Positions 1 through 13,344 of a stretch of 64,000 nucleotides of DNA are shown one piece after another. The notes below the pieces were generated by a model. It had not been told where the DNA came from, searched no databases, and saw only the letters and a program-made list of their open reading frames with translations. The stretch's first letter is position 1, and every line of letters begins with the position of its first letter. The translations under genes and the position numbers were made by a program. Source of the DNA: Squalus acanthias (lineage: Eukaryota); the NCBI GenBank assembly GCA_030390025.1, contig CM059433.1, positions 15,936,001 through 16,000,000 of the forward strand, written 5' to 3'.

Positions 1-290
1 GTTTCTTAATTTTATGTGTTTCTTTCCGAAGTGTAATTTAGAACACCTTAACAGGGTGTACCATTGTGTTCTTTCCAAAGCTTCAGACTTCAGGAGCCTT
101 TAACCTTCTGTTTCAATAAGGTTATTGATTCAGTGTCAACAACTTATCTTATCTCAATAGCCTGTATGCCGTTTACAGCTTTAGATTGTTGAGGCTTCCA
201 GATTTCCAAACCCAGTTTGTTATGTTTTAATAAAGCCAGAATTATTTCATAGAATGGTGTATTTTTCTGAATATGGCTTATTCCTTCATA
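1..290 (-). mobile_element. Partial LTR (cut by window edge), same family as solo LTR 3356-4502
   Basis: Aligns by eye at roughly 90% to 4205-4502; similarity stops at the terminus (ttccttcata vs ttccttcaca). Confidence 0.85.
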
Positions 291-784
291 ACAGTGTATA
301 TTTATTAATATTTTATGTGCCAGGTAGGTCTCCAAAAAATGCTTGAACTGCATTAGGGACGGAATCAGGGAAAGGACACTGGATTGGGTTTTGACCACTG
401 CAACCATCTTTTCTTCTCTCCTGTTAGTGAAACTGCCTGCAGCATGAAAGGACTGGCTTCACAGGATAGAAAAACTAGATTCTCAGGGTTTGCTTTCCAA
501 TGGGACTTTGATTTTCAGCTAAAAAAAACATTGGGAATCCTTGCTGACTTTGATATGTTGTGAAGGGCATACATTTTTAATGAGTCAAAATCCTTCATCC
601 TGTAAGTGTTGAGAATAGAGGCATGAAAAGCAGAATTTTAAAAAATATTTTTAGAAAGTTATAAGAATGTGCCCATACAACGTTTGCGTATGATGTTGAT
701 GTACGTAGGCTTTGTTAACTTCTTTAATGATTTTCGTACATCATTTTGCAGTCGCATAAAGAGGAGGCATCTCCAATGCAGTTT

Positions 785-1103
785 TATATATGCATTCTCG
801 GGATATGGGCATCGCTGGCAAGGCCAACATTTAATGCCCATCCCTAGTTGCCCTTGAGAAGGGGTGGTGAGCCGCCTTCTTGAACCGCTGTAGTCTGTGT
901 GGTGAAGGTGCTCCCACAGTGCTGTTAGGGAGGGAGTTCCAGGATTTTGATCCAGCGACGATGAAGGAACGGCGATATTCGTAAAAGTCGGGATGGTGTG
1001 TGACTTAGAGGGGAACTTGCAGGTGATGATGTTGCCATGCCCTGTTGCCCTTGTCCTTCTAGTTGATGGAGGTCACAGACTTGGGAGGCGCTGTCGAAGA
1101 AGG
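785..1103 (-). mobile_element. 3' end of CR1-group LINE (family of 43294-45110)
   Basis: Reverse complement matches the 3' tail at 5080-5400 and 43300-43620 (gcccttgagaagg..ggtgagccgccttcttgaaccgctg). Confidence 0.85.
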
Positions 1104-3355
1104 TCCAAATAGAATTACTACAGTTGCAGTAGATACAGAAGTGGGGAGGGTTAGAGTCAGGCGAGAGACAATCAGGTTGTCAACCACTATGATATTTGCC
1201 TGCCTGAACTTTGTCTTTGACCCTACCATGAATTACAGAAGCAGGAAAGTGAAGCAAATTCGGTCGCTCCTTCCTGTGAATTTCCGAAACCCCCCCAAAA
1301 AAGTTCAATTCACTTTTACTTGCTTCACAATGTTTATGGTGCAGAGAGCACTGAATTATCCAAATTCTTTTGTGGCCTCAAGTCCTATGTGTTACTCTAA
1401 ATACTGTATCTCCTGCCAGCTCCTTAGTGAGCTCAGATAATCACTGTGGGTGCACCAACACATTTCTAGGTTCAACTAAAGTTACCGACCACCTTTAAGG
1501 AGCCAAGATCTGGCATAATAACTATCTGTCAACCAAAACTCCGTCATGTCAGTGCAGAAGTGATCACCTCCAGGTGGTGGTATTGCTGCAGTTTCCCATT
1601 GTGGTAGCTGCTTTATAACTGCCGGCCAGCTTTATCACAACACAGTAGGGTGCCATGTATCACATTATCTGCACAGTTTCGTTCTCTGCTTCATAATTTA
1701 CAACATTCCCTCATCTGTAGCTTCTGCTGACATGACTGCCAAAGGGAACCAGTTAATTCTATTGTTACCACACTCCTAGAAATCAAGTGAAGCACAACAC
1801 ATGTGCAGCGCTGTCCAATAAATCTGCTGGTACTTGTTATGTACTGCCATGCCATAGTCAATTCTTTAACATCAGTACCTTTACTTACTCAATAAAGTAA
1901 GTACAAGAGGGACATTCAGAATTAGCATTCATTACCCTTGGTGAGTTTAGAGTAGTGATCTAGGACACATTGTTAGCACCACGTTAGTTATCTGGCTTAA
2001 TAATGTTTCATTTATTGGTTGGGCTGCTATTTAATCGCCTGCGGGAAAGTTCTGCAAAGCCTCTCCTTGGCCATCCCAAAGACAATCAAGCACAACTAAA
2101 GGACATTTATTTACCCATGAATCCTGATTTTTTTTTAAAACTTGGCTGGTTACTTTCCATGGATGACATTAACAATGATCTCAACAGCACAGTAGCCATT
2201 GTTTCCTACTGAGGAACTTTTTCTCCTGATGGTGACTCGGTGATTGTGGCTCAAGTTGAATCCTTCAGAAGGATTTCAACAGTGCAGGCATGCTGGTGAA
2301 TAAGAGGTGCACTGTAATATGTTTATCTGGACTTCTCAGAATCAATTACTAGCAAGCATTGCATAAGGGATTGAGTAAATAACCTTCTAATGTTATTCTG
2401 TGATATTTCTGTCAAGGTCCTGTTCCTCCCTTCCCTAATTTGACTGGAATTCTAAATAAAGTAGGGAGGAATGGAATATTATTTATTTTCTGCGGGAAGA
2501 AGTAAAATTCTAACCAGTGACCAGGACTCACTAACATAGAAGCTTTAACAAAAAAAGATACATCTCTAGATCACTAGATTTCAAATAATATTGATCTTAA
2601 AGGATCAGATCTCCCTTATTTTGGGGGGAGTTGGAGGTAAGTAAGATTCCGATTAATTTGCTCTATTATTCCATAAACATTGTCAATCCATTGACTCAAT
2701 TCCTTGTAGATAGGTCATTTAATAAGAACTGGGAGGAATTGGAATGGATGTAAATGACCTAGGAAGCATATAGTTAAAGTATTCATAAGAAACAATACCA
2801 GTAATGATTTACGTACAGAAGTAGCAACTGGGGACAGACTCAATCCACCCAATAAATGGTTAAATGAATCAGAAACTGAAACTTTTAAGCTGTTATCAGA
2901 AGAAGCCAGAATTAATACCAGGAACCCTGATCTAGTAAAAATTGCTTGAAGCAAATTAATTACAGATGGAAGGCTGTCACTCTGAGCCATAATGAGTTAT
3001 GCAGACAGATGGATTGGAATTGACTCTCATCTGCCTCTGAAGAAAAGCATCCAATTGTGAATGACAGTTCCAAATGAACTGCCCGTCGGAGAGCCAGTGT
3101 TGGATATCCTTTTATTAAAAAAATTATAAAAATACTATAAATTAGCAATGAGGATAAGACTTTTTTAAAGGAAAAATAAAGAATTGAGTCATTATGGCAA
3201 CAAATTGGAAGAATGAGGAATTTCCAAAAGGTTCTATTTGGAGTGAATTCATCTAAAGGTGCTGAGGTGAATTAAATCACGGATGCTGCTAAGAAATGTT
3301 CCATTCTTCTGATTGTTTGCAGAATCCAATTTATCGCTCGATCAGAAAGTTAGCT

Positions 3356-4502
3356 TGAAGGGATTATTACTAGTCCTAGCCCCTTTAGGGCTACCCCAGA
3401 TCAGGCGTATTCCCCAGACGTTCACTTTCAACTAAAGTTTGAGTTAGCCGAATCCTAAAGACGCTTAATTGGGTCTAAAGGTCCAGACTATCTCTCCCTA
3501 AAGGAAAGGAACAACCTGAAGATGTTACCATCCTCCAGATAGCACTTTTAATAAGTTTAGCTAGACTGTAACGTTCCGGATATTATGAGGGTCCGGAAAA
3601 CTCCCCCAGAATTCTGCAACTCCTCACCAAAGAGTGTACAGAGATTGAGTTCGCGAGTTTGATACAGAAGTATTACGTGAGATAATTCTATAAATATATA
3701 GATTTATTAAAGAACCGACATGTAATTTACAGTTGGTGATTCAATCGCAACATTAACAGTTCCAAAACCAAATAGTTTACAATTCTATTATCAGAGATCC
3801 TTATTCTCAAATCTTAACTTCGCTACAGTTTTAGAGTTCTCAGTTTATTCAGGATATCCACCAAAATCAAATACAGTACCATTGATCCCCAAGGTACAAA
3901 GAGTTGTAGACTTACAGAGCTTGCCTCTGAAGCTGAGAATCACTTTGCTCCTTGACAGCGAATCTATTATCCCATTTGAAAGTTCAATATTTATACCCTT
4001 TTTCAGTGGTATTTCCTTTGAAGTTTTCTGCTGATGTAAGCTAATTATCTCTAGTAATTTTTCTGCTGACTTCTGCAATTCATACAGTCAGATCAGCTGG
4101 TAGCATTAAGAATCGTGTCTCTACCCTAGGTGTTCGAAGCTTACCATAAAAAACGGTGTAACAGCAGGTGCATTTCATTTGATGTCATTTTTACGAAGGC
4201 ATATGTTTCTTAATTTTATGTGCCTGTTTATGAAGTGTAACTTAGAACACCTTAACCAGGATGCACCATTGTCTTCTTTCCAAAGATTCAGACTGTTAGC
4301 AGCCTTTAACCTTCTGTTTCAATAAGGTTATTGATTCAGTGTCAACAACTTATCTTATCTCAATAGCCTGAATGCTGCTACAGCTTTAGATTGTTGAGGC
4401 TTCCAGATTTCGAAACCCAGTTTGTCATGTTTTAATAAGGCCAGAATTCTTTCATAGAATGGTGTATTTTTCTGAATAGGTTATATGGCTTATTCCTTCA
4501 CA
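3356..4502 (-). mobile_element. Solo LTR, 1147 bp, 4-bp TSD AGCT
   Basis: TG...CA termini (tgaagg / ccttcaca); AGCT at 3352-3355 and 4503-4506; minus-strand TATA (~3990) and AATAAA (~3845, ~3705); removal restores the Gypsy gag frame. Confidence 0.9.
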
Positions 4503-4624
4503 AGCTGCCCCGATTAAACCAAGTGAAGAAACATTTGGTGAACTTGATGCAGGATCAACTTAGTCCAGAGTCTTTGATTATTGCTGAATGTTTCAAATTT
4601 AACCAAAATAAAATGAAAACAATG

Positions 4625-4830
4625 AATGCTAATAAATAAAAACAAAACTGGCAATGATGTGAATCTGAAATATAAACGGAAAGTGTCTGAAATACGCAAC
4701 AGGTCTTTCAATATCTGTGGGGAGAAAAGACAGGTTAATGTTCAGATGTATACCCTTCATCAGTTGTATGGTTAAGTTGTCCCTTCACTTTATAGATGCT
4801 GATTGATATGCTGTATGTTTGCAATATTGG
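4625..4830. mobile_element. Degenerate Penelope-type terminal repeat hairpin
   Basis: Diverged match to the aaaacagaaaatgctg...atctgtggagag...cttcatcag repeat at 20459-20658. Confidence 0.55.
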
Positions 4831-4867
4831 AGGGGAACTTGGAGATGATGATGTTGTCGTGTTAATC

Positions 4868-5400
4868 ACAAGTCAGGAGTGTGATGGAATACTCTCCACT
4901 TGCCTGGATGAGTGCAGCTCCAACAACACGCAAGAAGCTCGACACCATCCAGGACAAAGCAGCCCGCTTGATTGCCACCCCATCCACCACCTTAAACATT
5001 CACTCCCTCCACCACCGGCGTACCTTGGCTGCAGTGTGTACCATCTACAAGATGCACTGCAGCAACTCGCCAAGGCTTCTTCGACAGCACCTCCCAAACC
5101 CGTGACCTCTTCCACCTAGAAGGACAAGGGCAGCAGGCGCCTGGGAACACCACCACCTCCAAGTTCCCCTCCAAGTCACACACCATCCTGACTTAGAAGT
5201 ATATCGCCAATCCTTCATCGTCGCTGGGTCAAAATCCTGGAACTCCCTCCCTAACAGCACTGTGGGAGTACCTTCACCACACGGACTGCAGCAGTTCAAG
5301 AAGGCGGCTCACCACCACCTTCTCAATGGCAACTAGGGATGGGCAATAAATACTGGCTTTGCCAGCGGCGCCCAGATCCCATTAACGAATTTTTAAAAAT
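4868..5400 (+). mobile_element. 3' fragment of CR1-group LINE
   Basis: MEYSPLAWMSAAPTT..KLDTIQDKAARLI matches ORF 43308-44207; same 3' tail. Confidence 0.9.
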
Positions 5401-6400
5401 CACTTCTTGGCTGAATTGAGGAAGTGGACCAAAAACTGCCAATTTTGGAAGAATCATTTAGAGACAGATTTATATGTGCCCTCAGATCAAATACAATTCA
5501 GAAAAACCTTTTAGAAGATAACTTTGCACTGTAAAAAAGCACTTAGCACCGCCTTGCGTATGGGAGTTGTGGATAGATAAGCAAGTATAGTGCAACAAAA
5601 GGCTGCAGTATTACAATGAGAACAGAACCTAAAAAAATGTTTTTGTGGTGGCAAAATGAAACACAAATGAGACCCTTGTTTTGATAAAATAGTAAAAATG
5701 TCAGCAATGTGCTGAGATTAGACAGAAATGTGGAAAGTGGTTAACTAATAAAGACAAAATCTACAGGAAATAGGATTATTTCTGCTCATGATTAAACAGA
5801 ACATCAGTAACTGTTTAAAACAATGCTGCCTTCCGCAGAGAGGACAGGGAAGATTTTGACTACAATAGTGAAACGATATAGCTGAGGAATAGGAGTGGTT
5901 CGTTTTTAAAGTCAAATTGGTGAAATCATAAACAAACTCCAAAAATTCTGATTCCAATGTAAACGGAGAAAAAAAAGTTTTGAAATGGAAATAGATATAA
6001 ATACTTCGCTATCCATTTTAATTGCAGGAGCTTTATGCAAGAAATTGTGACAATAAATCTGACTCTTACTTTAAAATTCTAGACAGGATAGGCGGTGCCT
6101 GTCATTGGAAAAATGGATATATGTCTGTGACATATGAAAATCAGACAGCTATCTTATCTTTGTATATTGTTCAAGATAAAGGTCGATTTTTATTTGGAAG
6201 AAACTGGCAGTCTCTTACACAATTAAAATACAAAAAAAATTAAAAGCTTAAAGGGGATATGGACATTTGTTGCACAAGTATTCAGTCTTTTATGATAACC
6301 ACAAACTGTATAAAACATGGAGGCTAGATTAAGAGCAAACATGGCTACCACGTTAAAATCTTTGAACCAGGGTCTGTACCATATGCATTAAAACACAAAG

Positions 6401-7647
6401 GCCCCTCTATGAACTGGGAGACGCGCTGGGACTGGAGGAGAGGGGGGTTACCGATATCGCGCGGGAAACCCGGAAGTATGTCACGCGCGTCTGTCTGTGG
6501 CTTTTTAAATCAGCCACCTCATTAACATTTTACTTCCGGGTTTCCCGTCCAATCAGCGGCAGCGGGCGTGATGTGGACCCGCATGACATGATCTCAGCTC
6601 CAGTATTTAAAGGGACAATGCAGGAGCTTGGAGTTGGGAGCGATAGAGGAAGGACCATCTCTCTGAAATCAGGACGCTCAAAGGCTGCACTCCGCTTTAA
6701 TGACACCTTCCTTGGTGTGCTGCTGGGGGCAGTGAGGGGTTGGAGAGAGAGGTTCTATTCGCCAGCAACGGGAGGAAAAAAACCCTGTTGCCGACACCAA
6801 CAAGGCGTGGCTGAAGGAGGCACAGGAGGCCAGCAGCAGGAGCATGGTGCCACGCTCATTGATTCAGTGCAGGAAGCGCTTTAGTGAGCTAACCAGGTCA
6901 GGAAGGGTGAGTACAGTTGCACATTCACCTACATCCTGCTGTGCGCATCACCCCAACCCCTCACTCTGACTTCTCAAACTTAATCCATCACATCAATCTT
7001 CACAACCACTTCCCTTGCACGTCCAAAACGCGTGCTCTTTCCATGCACTTCCTCACATCCCCATCGATCCATCCACCACTCCCACTCACCCTATTCTCAT
7101 GCAATATCAGCGAGCTGCTGGCACTCAACGAGTGCTGACAGGCAACTCGCCGATTCAAGGGAAGGGTTCCTCCATGGAGCTGGGCCAGAGGTATTCCATT
7201 AAGAGAGGGGGGAGGGAAGCAATCCTGGGTGGGGACCAGCAGGGGGGTGGGGAAGATTTTTGTGGGCCAGGAGGAGCATTCATATGGCACTTCTTTTTTT
7301 AGCTGTTTTTTGGAGCGGCCTGCAACCGTCCCTTTAAGGACCCCTGGTTAGGCCGCTGTACTTCCAGTACCATTTGGCAGAGCACACGCATTAAGCACTC
7401 CGCCCATTAGTGATGGAAATTGCATTGGGGGTCCTACATACGGCATAGGATCCCAATTTAAATATTTTAATGAGGCTCTTGCTTGTTTCGGGCAGGAGGA
7501 CTGGCTGCCTATTTAGAAGCCTATTTGAAAATCGAGTCAGGTGGGGCTCGGGCGACAAGTTAGCGGTGGTGTGTTTTTAAAATTTCCGTCTGTCGACCGC
7601 CCCATCTTTCAGCATGAACAGGGCAGTAGGCAGATGAAAATTGCCAC
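6401..7647 (+). mobile_element. Harbinger-derived non-autonomous element with Myb/SANT-like exon remnant
   Basis: FNDTFLGVLLGAV ... KAW ... QCRKRFSELTRSGR followed by gtgagt donor (~6680-6913); ends with an aaaattgcc TIR-like motif. Confidence 0.65.
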
Positions 7648-8285
7648 CATTGTTTTAGTGTAAAAAACAGATGAAATATAAGAATTTTGTGATAACTATG
7701 AAATGAGTGGATTGTGAGCTTGGGACGGTTGAATCGGTGGCATGTTTGTGGCAGGGGCTAAAGACAATGGGGGGAGAAATTGGGCTCTGTGGAATCCATT
7801 TTTTAGGCACTACGTGGCCTCCTGCCAGTGGAAAATGAGGTCCGCGTTGCGCGCAGACACTTTCGACAGGAAGCGCGCCGGACACCATCTTGGTAAAGGG
7901 GTTTGCATGCGCACACTTAACAACTGCCAGCAGCATGCAGAGCAGGCAAAATATGACGTCAATCAGTGTGCAACGCTGAATTGACGCCAGTGCTGCCACT
8001 TTCAAGCTCTGAGCTTCAGCCTACGCCCTCTCTAAACCTCGCACAGCTGAACACAACGTTAAGCAGCATGACGGACCCCCCACCAGCGCTACTTAAAGGG
8101 ATCATGAACTACTTACAGGTTAGTTGCTGATTTATTTCTTCTGGCTGCTGGTGCAATTGCACGTGTTTTTGGAACTTTCCTATACTTTCCTAAAGTTTGA
8201 ATAGTCCACAGGGAGTGGTCTGGCTGGTGCTGAAGTACTTTTTTGGTCATTTAAAAGCTTGTGCTGAAACAAGTTGCTTCCAGAC

Positions 8286-11048
8286 ATGGGTGGCCTGGTA
8301 GGCCTTCCTCTTGGAATTGACCAGGACCGGGAGAATGAAGAGCGGCCACGCAGAGCAGGACAAGCAGCTAGAAAAAGGAGGAAGAGGAGGGGAAGAAGGG
8401 CTCTCAGCAGGAGGCCATATCCACCAAGGGTCTTTAGGGAGCAATTCTCTTACCGCAACATCAGCGAGGCCCAATGCTTGAGACGTCTTCACTTCACTAA
8501 AGAGGTTGTGACTGAAATCTGCTGCAGCCACAACTGCAAACTCAGAGCAGGGCAAGGACAGCATTGCCTGTGACTGTCATGGTGACTGAGGCTCTAAAAT
8601 TTCATGCAACTGGCTCCTTCCAGGCTGCTGCTGGAGATAGAAGCAACATCTCGCAGTTTGGAGTACACTGCTGCAAAAGGGAGGGCACTGAGGCGCTCTA
8701 TACAAAGAGAGACAGCTTCATCTAATTCTCTCTTGCCAGAGACAAGCAGGCGGAGCGAGCACGAGGGTTTGCTCAGATTGCAGGTTGCCGCATGGTGCTG
8801 AGAGCCATTGACTGCACGCAAATTGCCTTGCATGTGCCTCATGTCAACTCGGCCATTTTCATGAACCGAAAGGGATACCACTCCCTCAATGTGCAGCTGG
8901 TGTGCGACCACCGGCAGTGCATCATGCAGGCGAATGCTTGTTATCCTGGCAGTAGTCACAATTCCTTCATTCTGTGGCATTCCTCTGTGCCACCTGTATT
9001 TGACCCACCACAGCAAGTCAAAGGCTGTGTAAGGTTTCCAAAATTTACAGATCCCCAAAACCTAAGGAAAAAGGACTTTGGAACTACCTCAGAGTGATAA
9101 AAATGCATTTGGGCCTAACATAAGGAATGTAAGACCAAAAACCAAGTTTTGGCATTTTAAAAACATGTCTGGGCCTGTAAAGGGAGAAAAGGCTGTGAAG
9201 GAAGTTGGGTTTGACCTCTGTAAAAGCAGTTTTGGGTATTGCAGTTAATTGCAATGTCTGGGGAACCGGGATGACCTCACTCAAAGCCCCAGCACGCATT
9301 AACATTTTGACAATAGACCCTAGGAGAAGACAGTCCCACCCAAAACAATAGGTCCCATCAAACCGATTACAGGGCCCATCAAGAAACATGCATAATACAG
9401 AGCACCCAGGACTAGGCTATAGATCAGCCTAGGAACACAAAACACAAAACCAATCACCAGCAATCAGCCAAGAAGATCAACAGGATGCAAACCATCCCAA
9501 AAACCCATTTGACACTTACAGAGCAGTTACGAGTAGCAGGCCCGCCAAATTCAGACAATGAACTGAACAGATTTGGCGGGTAGATAAGGCCACATCAATT
9601 CTGTATAATTGAAGTCCCACCAAGCACACACCAAGCTAGCAAGAAGAGAGAGAAACACCATAGTTCAAAGTCGTTGGGCTGAGCAGTCCGTCGCAACTGG
9701 TGGTCATCAGAAGGAGGAGAGACCAAGAAGAAGAAGGCCCGAGCTGGAAGCGAGTCGGCATCGCTCACGACTCAGACACACCTGAGTCCAGCTCGCGAAG
9801 ACACCACCTCGACGGACCTCCAACAACGGCCCCAACACAGTCACCTGGAGCAACAAGCAGCAACCAGTCACCGACGGCTCCACGAGGTCGACCAACACAC
9901 CAACCAAGGCCTAAAGCCATCGCGGAAACCAAAGGCCTCACGAAACCAACAACCGCGCATTACCCCCAACTGACCGGGTAATCGCAGGCCACCGCGACCA
10001 ACAAAGACCAACTCCAGGGAAGAAAACCCGAAGAATCGCAAAGTTTCCACACTCCGAACTACTCCTGACTTACCCCTGGGTAAGATTTTCCCCAAAGACT
10101 CTAAGCCCTACTGCTGAACCAAAGAAATTGGGTACTCACCAGATAAATCCATAACGACATCCTACCGCATCAGCGGACTCGCGAAGACTGACCAGAGACC
10201 CAGGTGAAGTCCTCTACCGCATACGGGGTACGGCAGACACTAACTGCCATAAACAGCGAACCCCAAAACCGCGATTTAGCCCAACTGTCAAAGGATTGGT
10301 GAGTATTATCCCTGGTCCTTCAAAACCTAGCTTAGCTAGTAAAGTGGGGTTGGGAGGGGTGAAGTATTGTTCTACTGTCATTTCCCTCGCTTGTACCGAA
10401 GTGTTCCCCACCTTTAGAGTGATAAGAGTGTTGTTATTTGTGTCTTACCTTTTAATAAAGATTGAAGTTCTTTCATCAAACTCAGTTGTCTGCTGCACCT
10501 TTTGTATCACAACCCCCAAATAAGTCCAAGGTCTAGAACCAAGGGAGTGGGAGCGATTCGAACCGCTCAGAAGTCAGAGGTAAAGCTGACACAAAAACAC
10601 CACCCCCTACAGCTGGCTACTGGGCGACAAGGGTTATCCACTCATAACATGGCTCATAACTCCGGTCTGGAACCCACACACACCTGTACAGCAGGCCTAC
10701 AGTGAGAGCCATGCTGCCACAAGGAACATTGTAGAGCACACCATCGGGGTCCTGAAGCAAAGCTTCCGCTGCCTGGACCGCTCTGAAGGAACCCTGCAGT
10801 ACTCAGCTGAGCGGCTATCAAGATTTGTTGAGGTATGCTGCATGCTGCACAACCTGGCCATTATGAGGGAACAGGCCTCGCCACCACCTATCAGGCGAGA
10901 AGCCAAGGAGCAGGAGCACAAGGAGGAGGAGGAGGAGGAAGTGCAACAGGAAGTGGAGGAACAGGAAGAGGAAGGGAGGCGACAACATAGACAGCCCCTT
11001 TATGTCTGTGCTCTACGTGATCAAATAATTTATGAGCGATACCAGTAA
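8286..11048 (+). pseudogene. Harbinger DDE transposase (HARBI1-like), frameshifted and split by a solo LTR
   Basis: [36 protein letters not shown] (joined across the LTR), RNIVEHTIGVLKQSFRCLD, acidic C-terminus. Confidence 0.9.
9028..10611 (+). mobile_element. Solo LTR, 1584 bp, 4-bp TSD GCTG
   Basis: tgtaagg...ccctaca termini; GCTG at 9024-9027 and 10612-10615; TATA-like ~9603, AATAAA ~10454; removal restores [14 protein letters not shown]. Confidence 0.92.
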
Positions 11049-11399
11049 CCAATGTTCCCCCTAATTTTTTGGGGAGTGTGTGGCCCCTTTAAGGGGCTGC
11101 GCGGCACATTCACAGTTTGCGCAAAACTTAACATTGAAAAAGCCAGTCCCAGGCTGCGCGCGATCGGCAGAGAGCTACACAGCCACACAGCTTAGAGGGA
11201 ACGTTGCCAGTAACCTCAACCACACCTCCCATTCACCAACAGTCCCAAACTCCTTACCTTTCCTCTATCACTGACCATCACATCGTCCTCTTTCCAACAA
11301 CACAAAATTAAAAACCACTAGAAAATTTGATTCATAAATTCGGATTGCAATCATGGAATAATGCATACAAAAATAAACTAATCACCCTTGTGCATTCCC

Positions 11400-12261
11400 T
11401 TAGTGCCTGTCCTCCTTGTGTCTTTACCTCTCCTACTGCTGCTATGAGGGGTTTCCCTAGTGGCTGCAGTGTGGGTGGTGGAAGGCTGCTGACCTTCAAT
11501 TGAGGAGACTGCAGATGGCCTTGCAGATGGAGGACGACCTCGAGCAGCTCTGCGCCTCGAAGGCCCGGCTTCAGACTGCACCATTCCGACCTGGGCTGCA
11601 GCAGTCTGGGCTGGCTGGCTGGCAGGCAACAGCAAGGGCACTGGCAGAGTGGCAGTGGTGGGAGAACGAATGCTGTCATCCTGAGAGAGGACAGCAGGCT
11701 CGTGCTCTTTGGAGCCACTGTCACTCTCCCGCGGCAGTGCCTCAGCAATCCTACTGATCTGTTAGAGAACAGATTGATGGACTGCTGTGACACCCTGGAA
11801 GCCCCTTTGAACAGTGGTATCCAGAGCCATGATGGCAGCAGTCTGAGCTTGCAGGGCAGCAGTCTGAGCTGGGGATGAGGTAAAGCATATGAATTTTAGG
11901 GTTGAGTACTGATTAATAGAGATTGTTGGTCGGTGGGTGATGGGGGTATAGAGAATTTTGCAGTGGACGAGGCTAATGGTGCAGTTGGTAGGATATGCCA
12001 TTTCAACATGAACTTACTGACATTGACAACTCATGTGAGATCATTAAACTTCTTCCTGCACTGCATCAGTGTTCCTGGAGCAACACTCCTGACATTGACC
12101 TCTACCGCTATTTGTTCCCACTACCTCCTGAGCATGTGTCTGGAGGGCCTCCTGCCCCCTTGTGGATACAAGACATCTCTCCTTTTCTCCACCTCTTCCA
12201 CCAAGACATCCAGTGCATTGTCTGAAAACCTTGGTGCTCGTTCTCGCGCATGTTCAGCCAT
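11400..12261 (-). pseudogene. Harbinger Myb/SANT-like DNA-binding gene remnant
   Basis: MAEHARERAPRFSDNALDVLVEEVEKRRDVLYP...WEQIA..V...QCRKKFNDLT with in-frame stops, then a gtcagt donor; 3' limit approximate. Confidence 0.85.
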
Positions 12262-13344
12262 TGTTCAAAGTATCACAGCCCAGATTGCCTTTTGAAAAAA
12301 CACCCACCACTTCTTGCAGCCACAATGCACCTCCCCTTTAAGAGGTGCAGGCTGCCTTTAAATAGCGCTAGCCACTTGCGATATCGGGCCCCCTGCTGAT
12401 GCGTGCAGCCAATGAACAGCACGGGGAGCGCTGGATGCACGCAGCAATCATGGAAATCAGCAGGCAGCACCAATTTAATGTGCTGCCTGCATCGTAATGA
12501 ACAGACGCGGGTTAATCGCGTACCACGATCCTTACACCCATTTTTGGGGGTAAGTCAATTTCTCCCCCAATGGCTTTGGTCTTCCCAATCTTTAACTGGA
12601 GGGAATTTTGGCTCATCCACGACTGGATGGCAAAGAAGCATTCTGACAGCACAGAGGCAGTGGAGGGGTTGAGAAAGGTAAAGGAGTGGCAGAGCTGGCT
12701 ATTGTCAGGGTACATGTCTATGGGCGATGTCATCAAGTGGCAGCATATACCTGAGAAAGAGGAAGGGGCTAAGATTAGGGGGGTAAAATTGAGTCACACC
12801 CCCTTTGGGGTGCTAACTTCGCTGGTGCGCTACTTTTAGCGCCCCAAAAAATATTAGCGCCCCTGTGGCCGAAATTCATCGGTAGCGCCCCAAGAGGGAA
12901 GCGGGGCGCTACTGGAAGTGCCCCGCCTCCCTCTTGGGGTGCTGCGAGGGAATATCGTGGCGCTACGTGCTGCGGTACTGCAGGCCTTCCTCCCCTTCTT
13001 ATTTAAATCTCAGCAGTATAAATAAGAGAGGCTAGAGTGCAGTTTGTCACGGAGTGCAGATCGGAACAGAGTGTTAAGCTGCGAGTTTGGTGAGTGAGGG
13101 AGTGAGGGGAGGGAGGTGTTCCTTTCTTTTTGCATCTTTGTCAGCTTCCAGGAGAGCAGGAGCTAAAAAGCTGCACAAGAGGGGACAGACAACCAGTGGT
13201 GAGTATTTCCACAGTATTTCTACATTCCAGTCATTAAAGTAAAAGTAAGGTCTCTAGTTTAGAGTAAGTAGTGTTTAAAGGGAAGTAAGGTCCCTAGTGT
13301 ATTTAATATTCTTTAATTTAAAAGGAGTAAATTAAGGGTAGGAC

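Larger units (their letters stand above)
3190..6400 (+). mobile_element. Old degenerate Gypsy (K02A2.6-like) gag-protease fragment, interrupted by three younger insertions
   Basis: IRKLAAPIKP joins across the solo LTR; LVNLMQDQLSPESLIIAECFKFNQ (~4535-4605); AELRK..FRDRFICALRS (~5410-5490); Cys-knuckle remnant ~5640-5730; protease-like MEID..SLSI and LSLYIV..GRFLFGRNW; VPYALK at ~6375. Confidence 0.8.
7769..12568 (+). mobile_element. PIF/Harbinger DNA transposon, two convergent genes, decayed
   Basis: TIR gggggagaaattg / caatttctccccc; TSD AAT(G); transposase on + and Myb/SANT gene on -. Confidence 0.92.

Noticed and set aside
1..4502. Full-length LTR element bounded by the 290-bp direct repeats
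   Set aside because: The second LTR has its own TSD on both sides, there is no PBS or PPT at the inner edges, and an unrelated gag frame joins across it.
8286..11048. Host HARBI1 gene
   Set aside because: Lies within TIRs and a TSD, is frameshifted and LTR-interrupted; it is a transposon copy.
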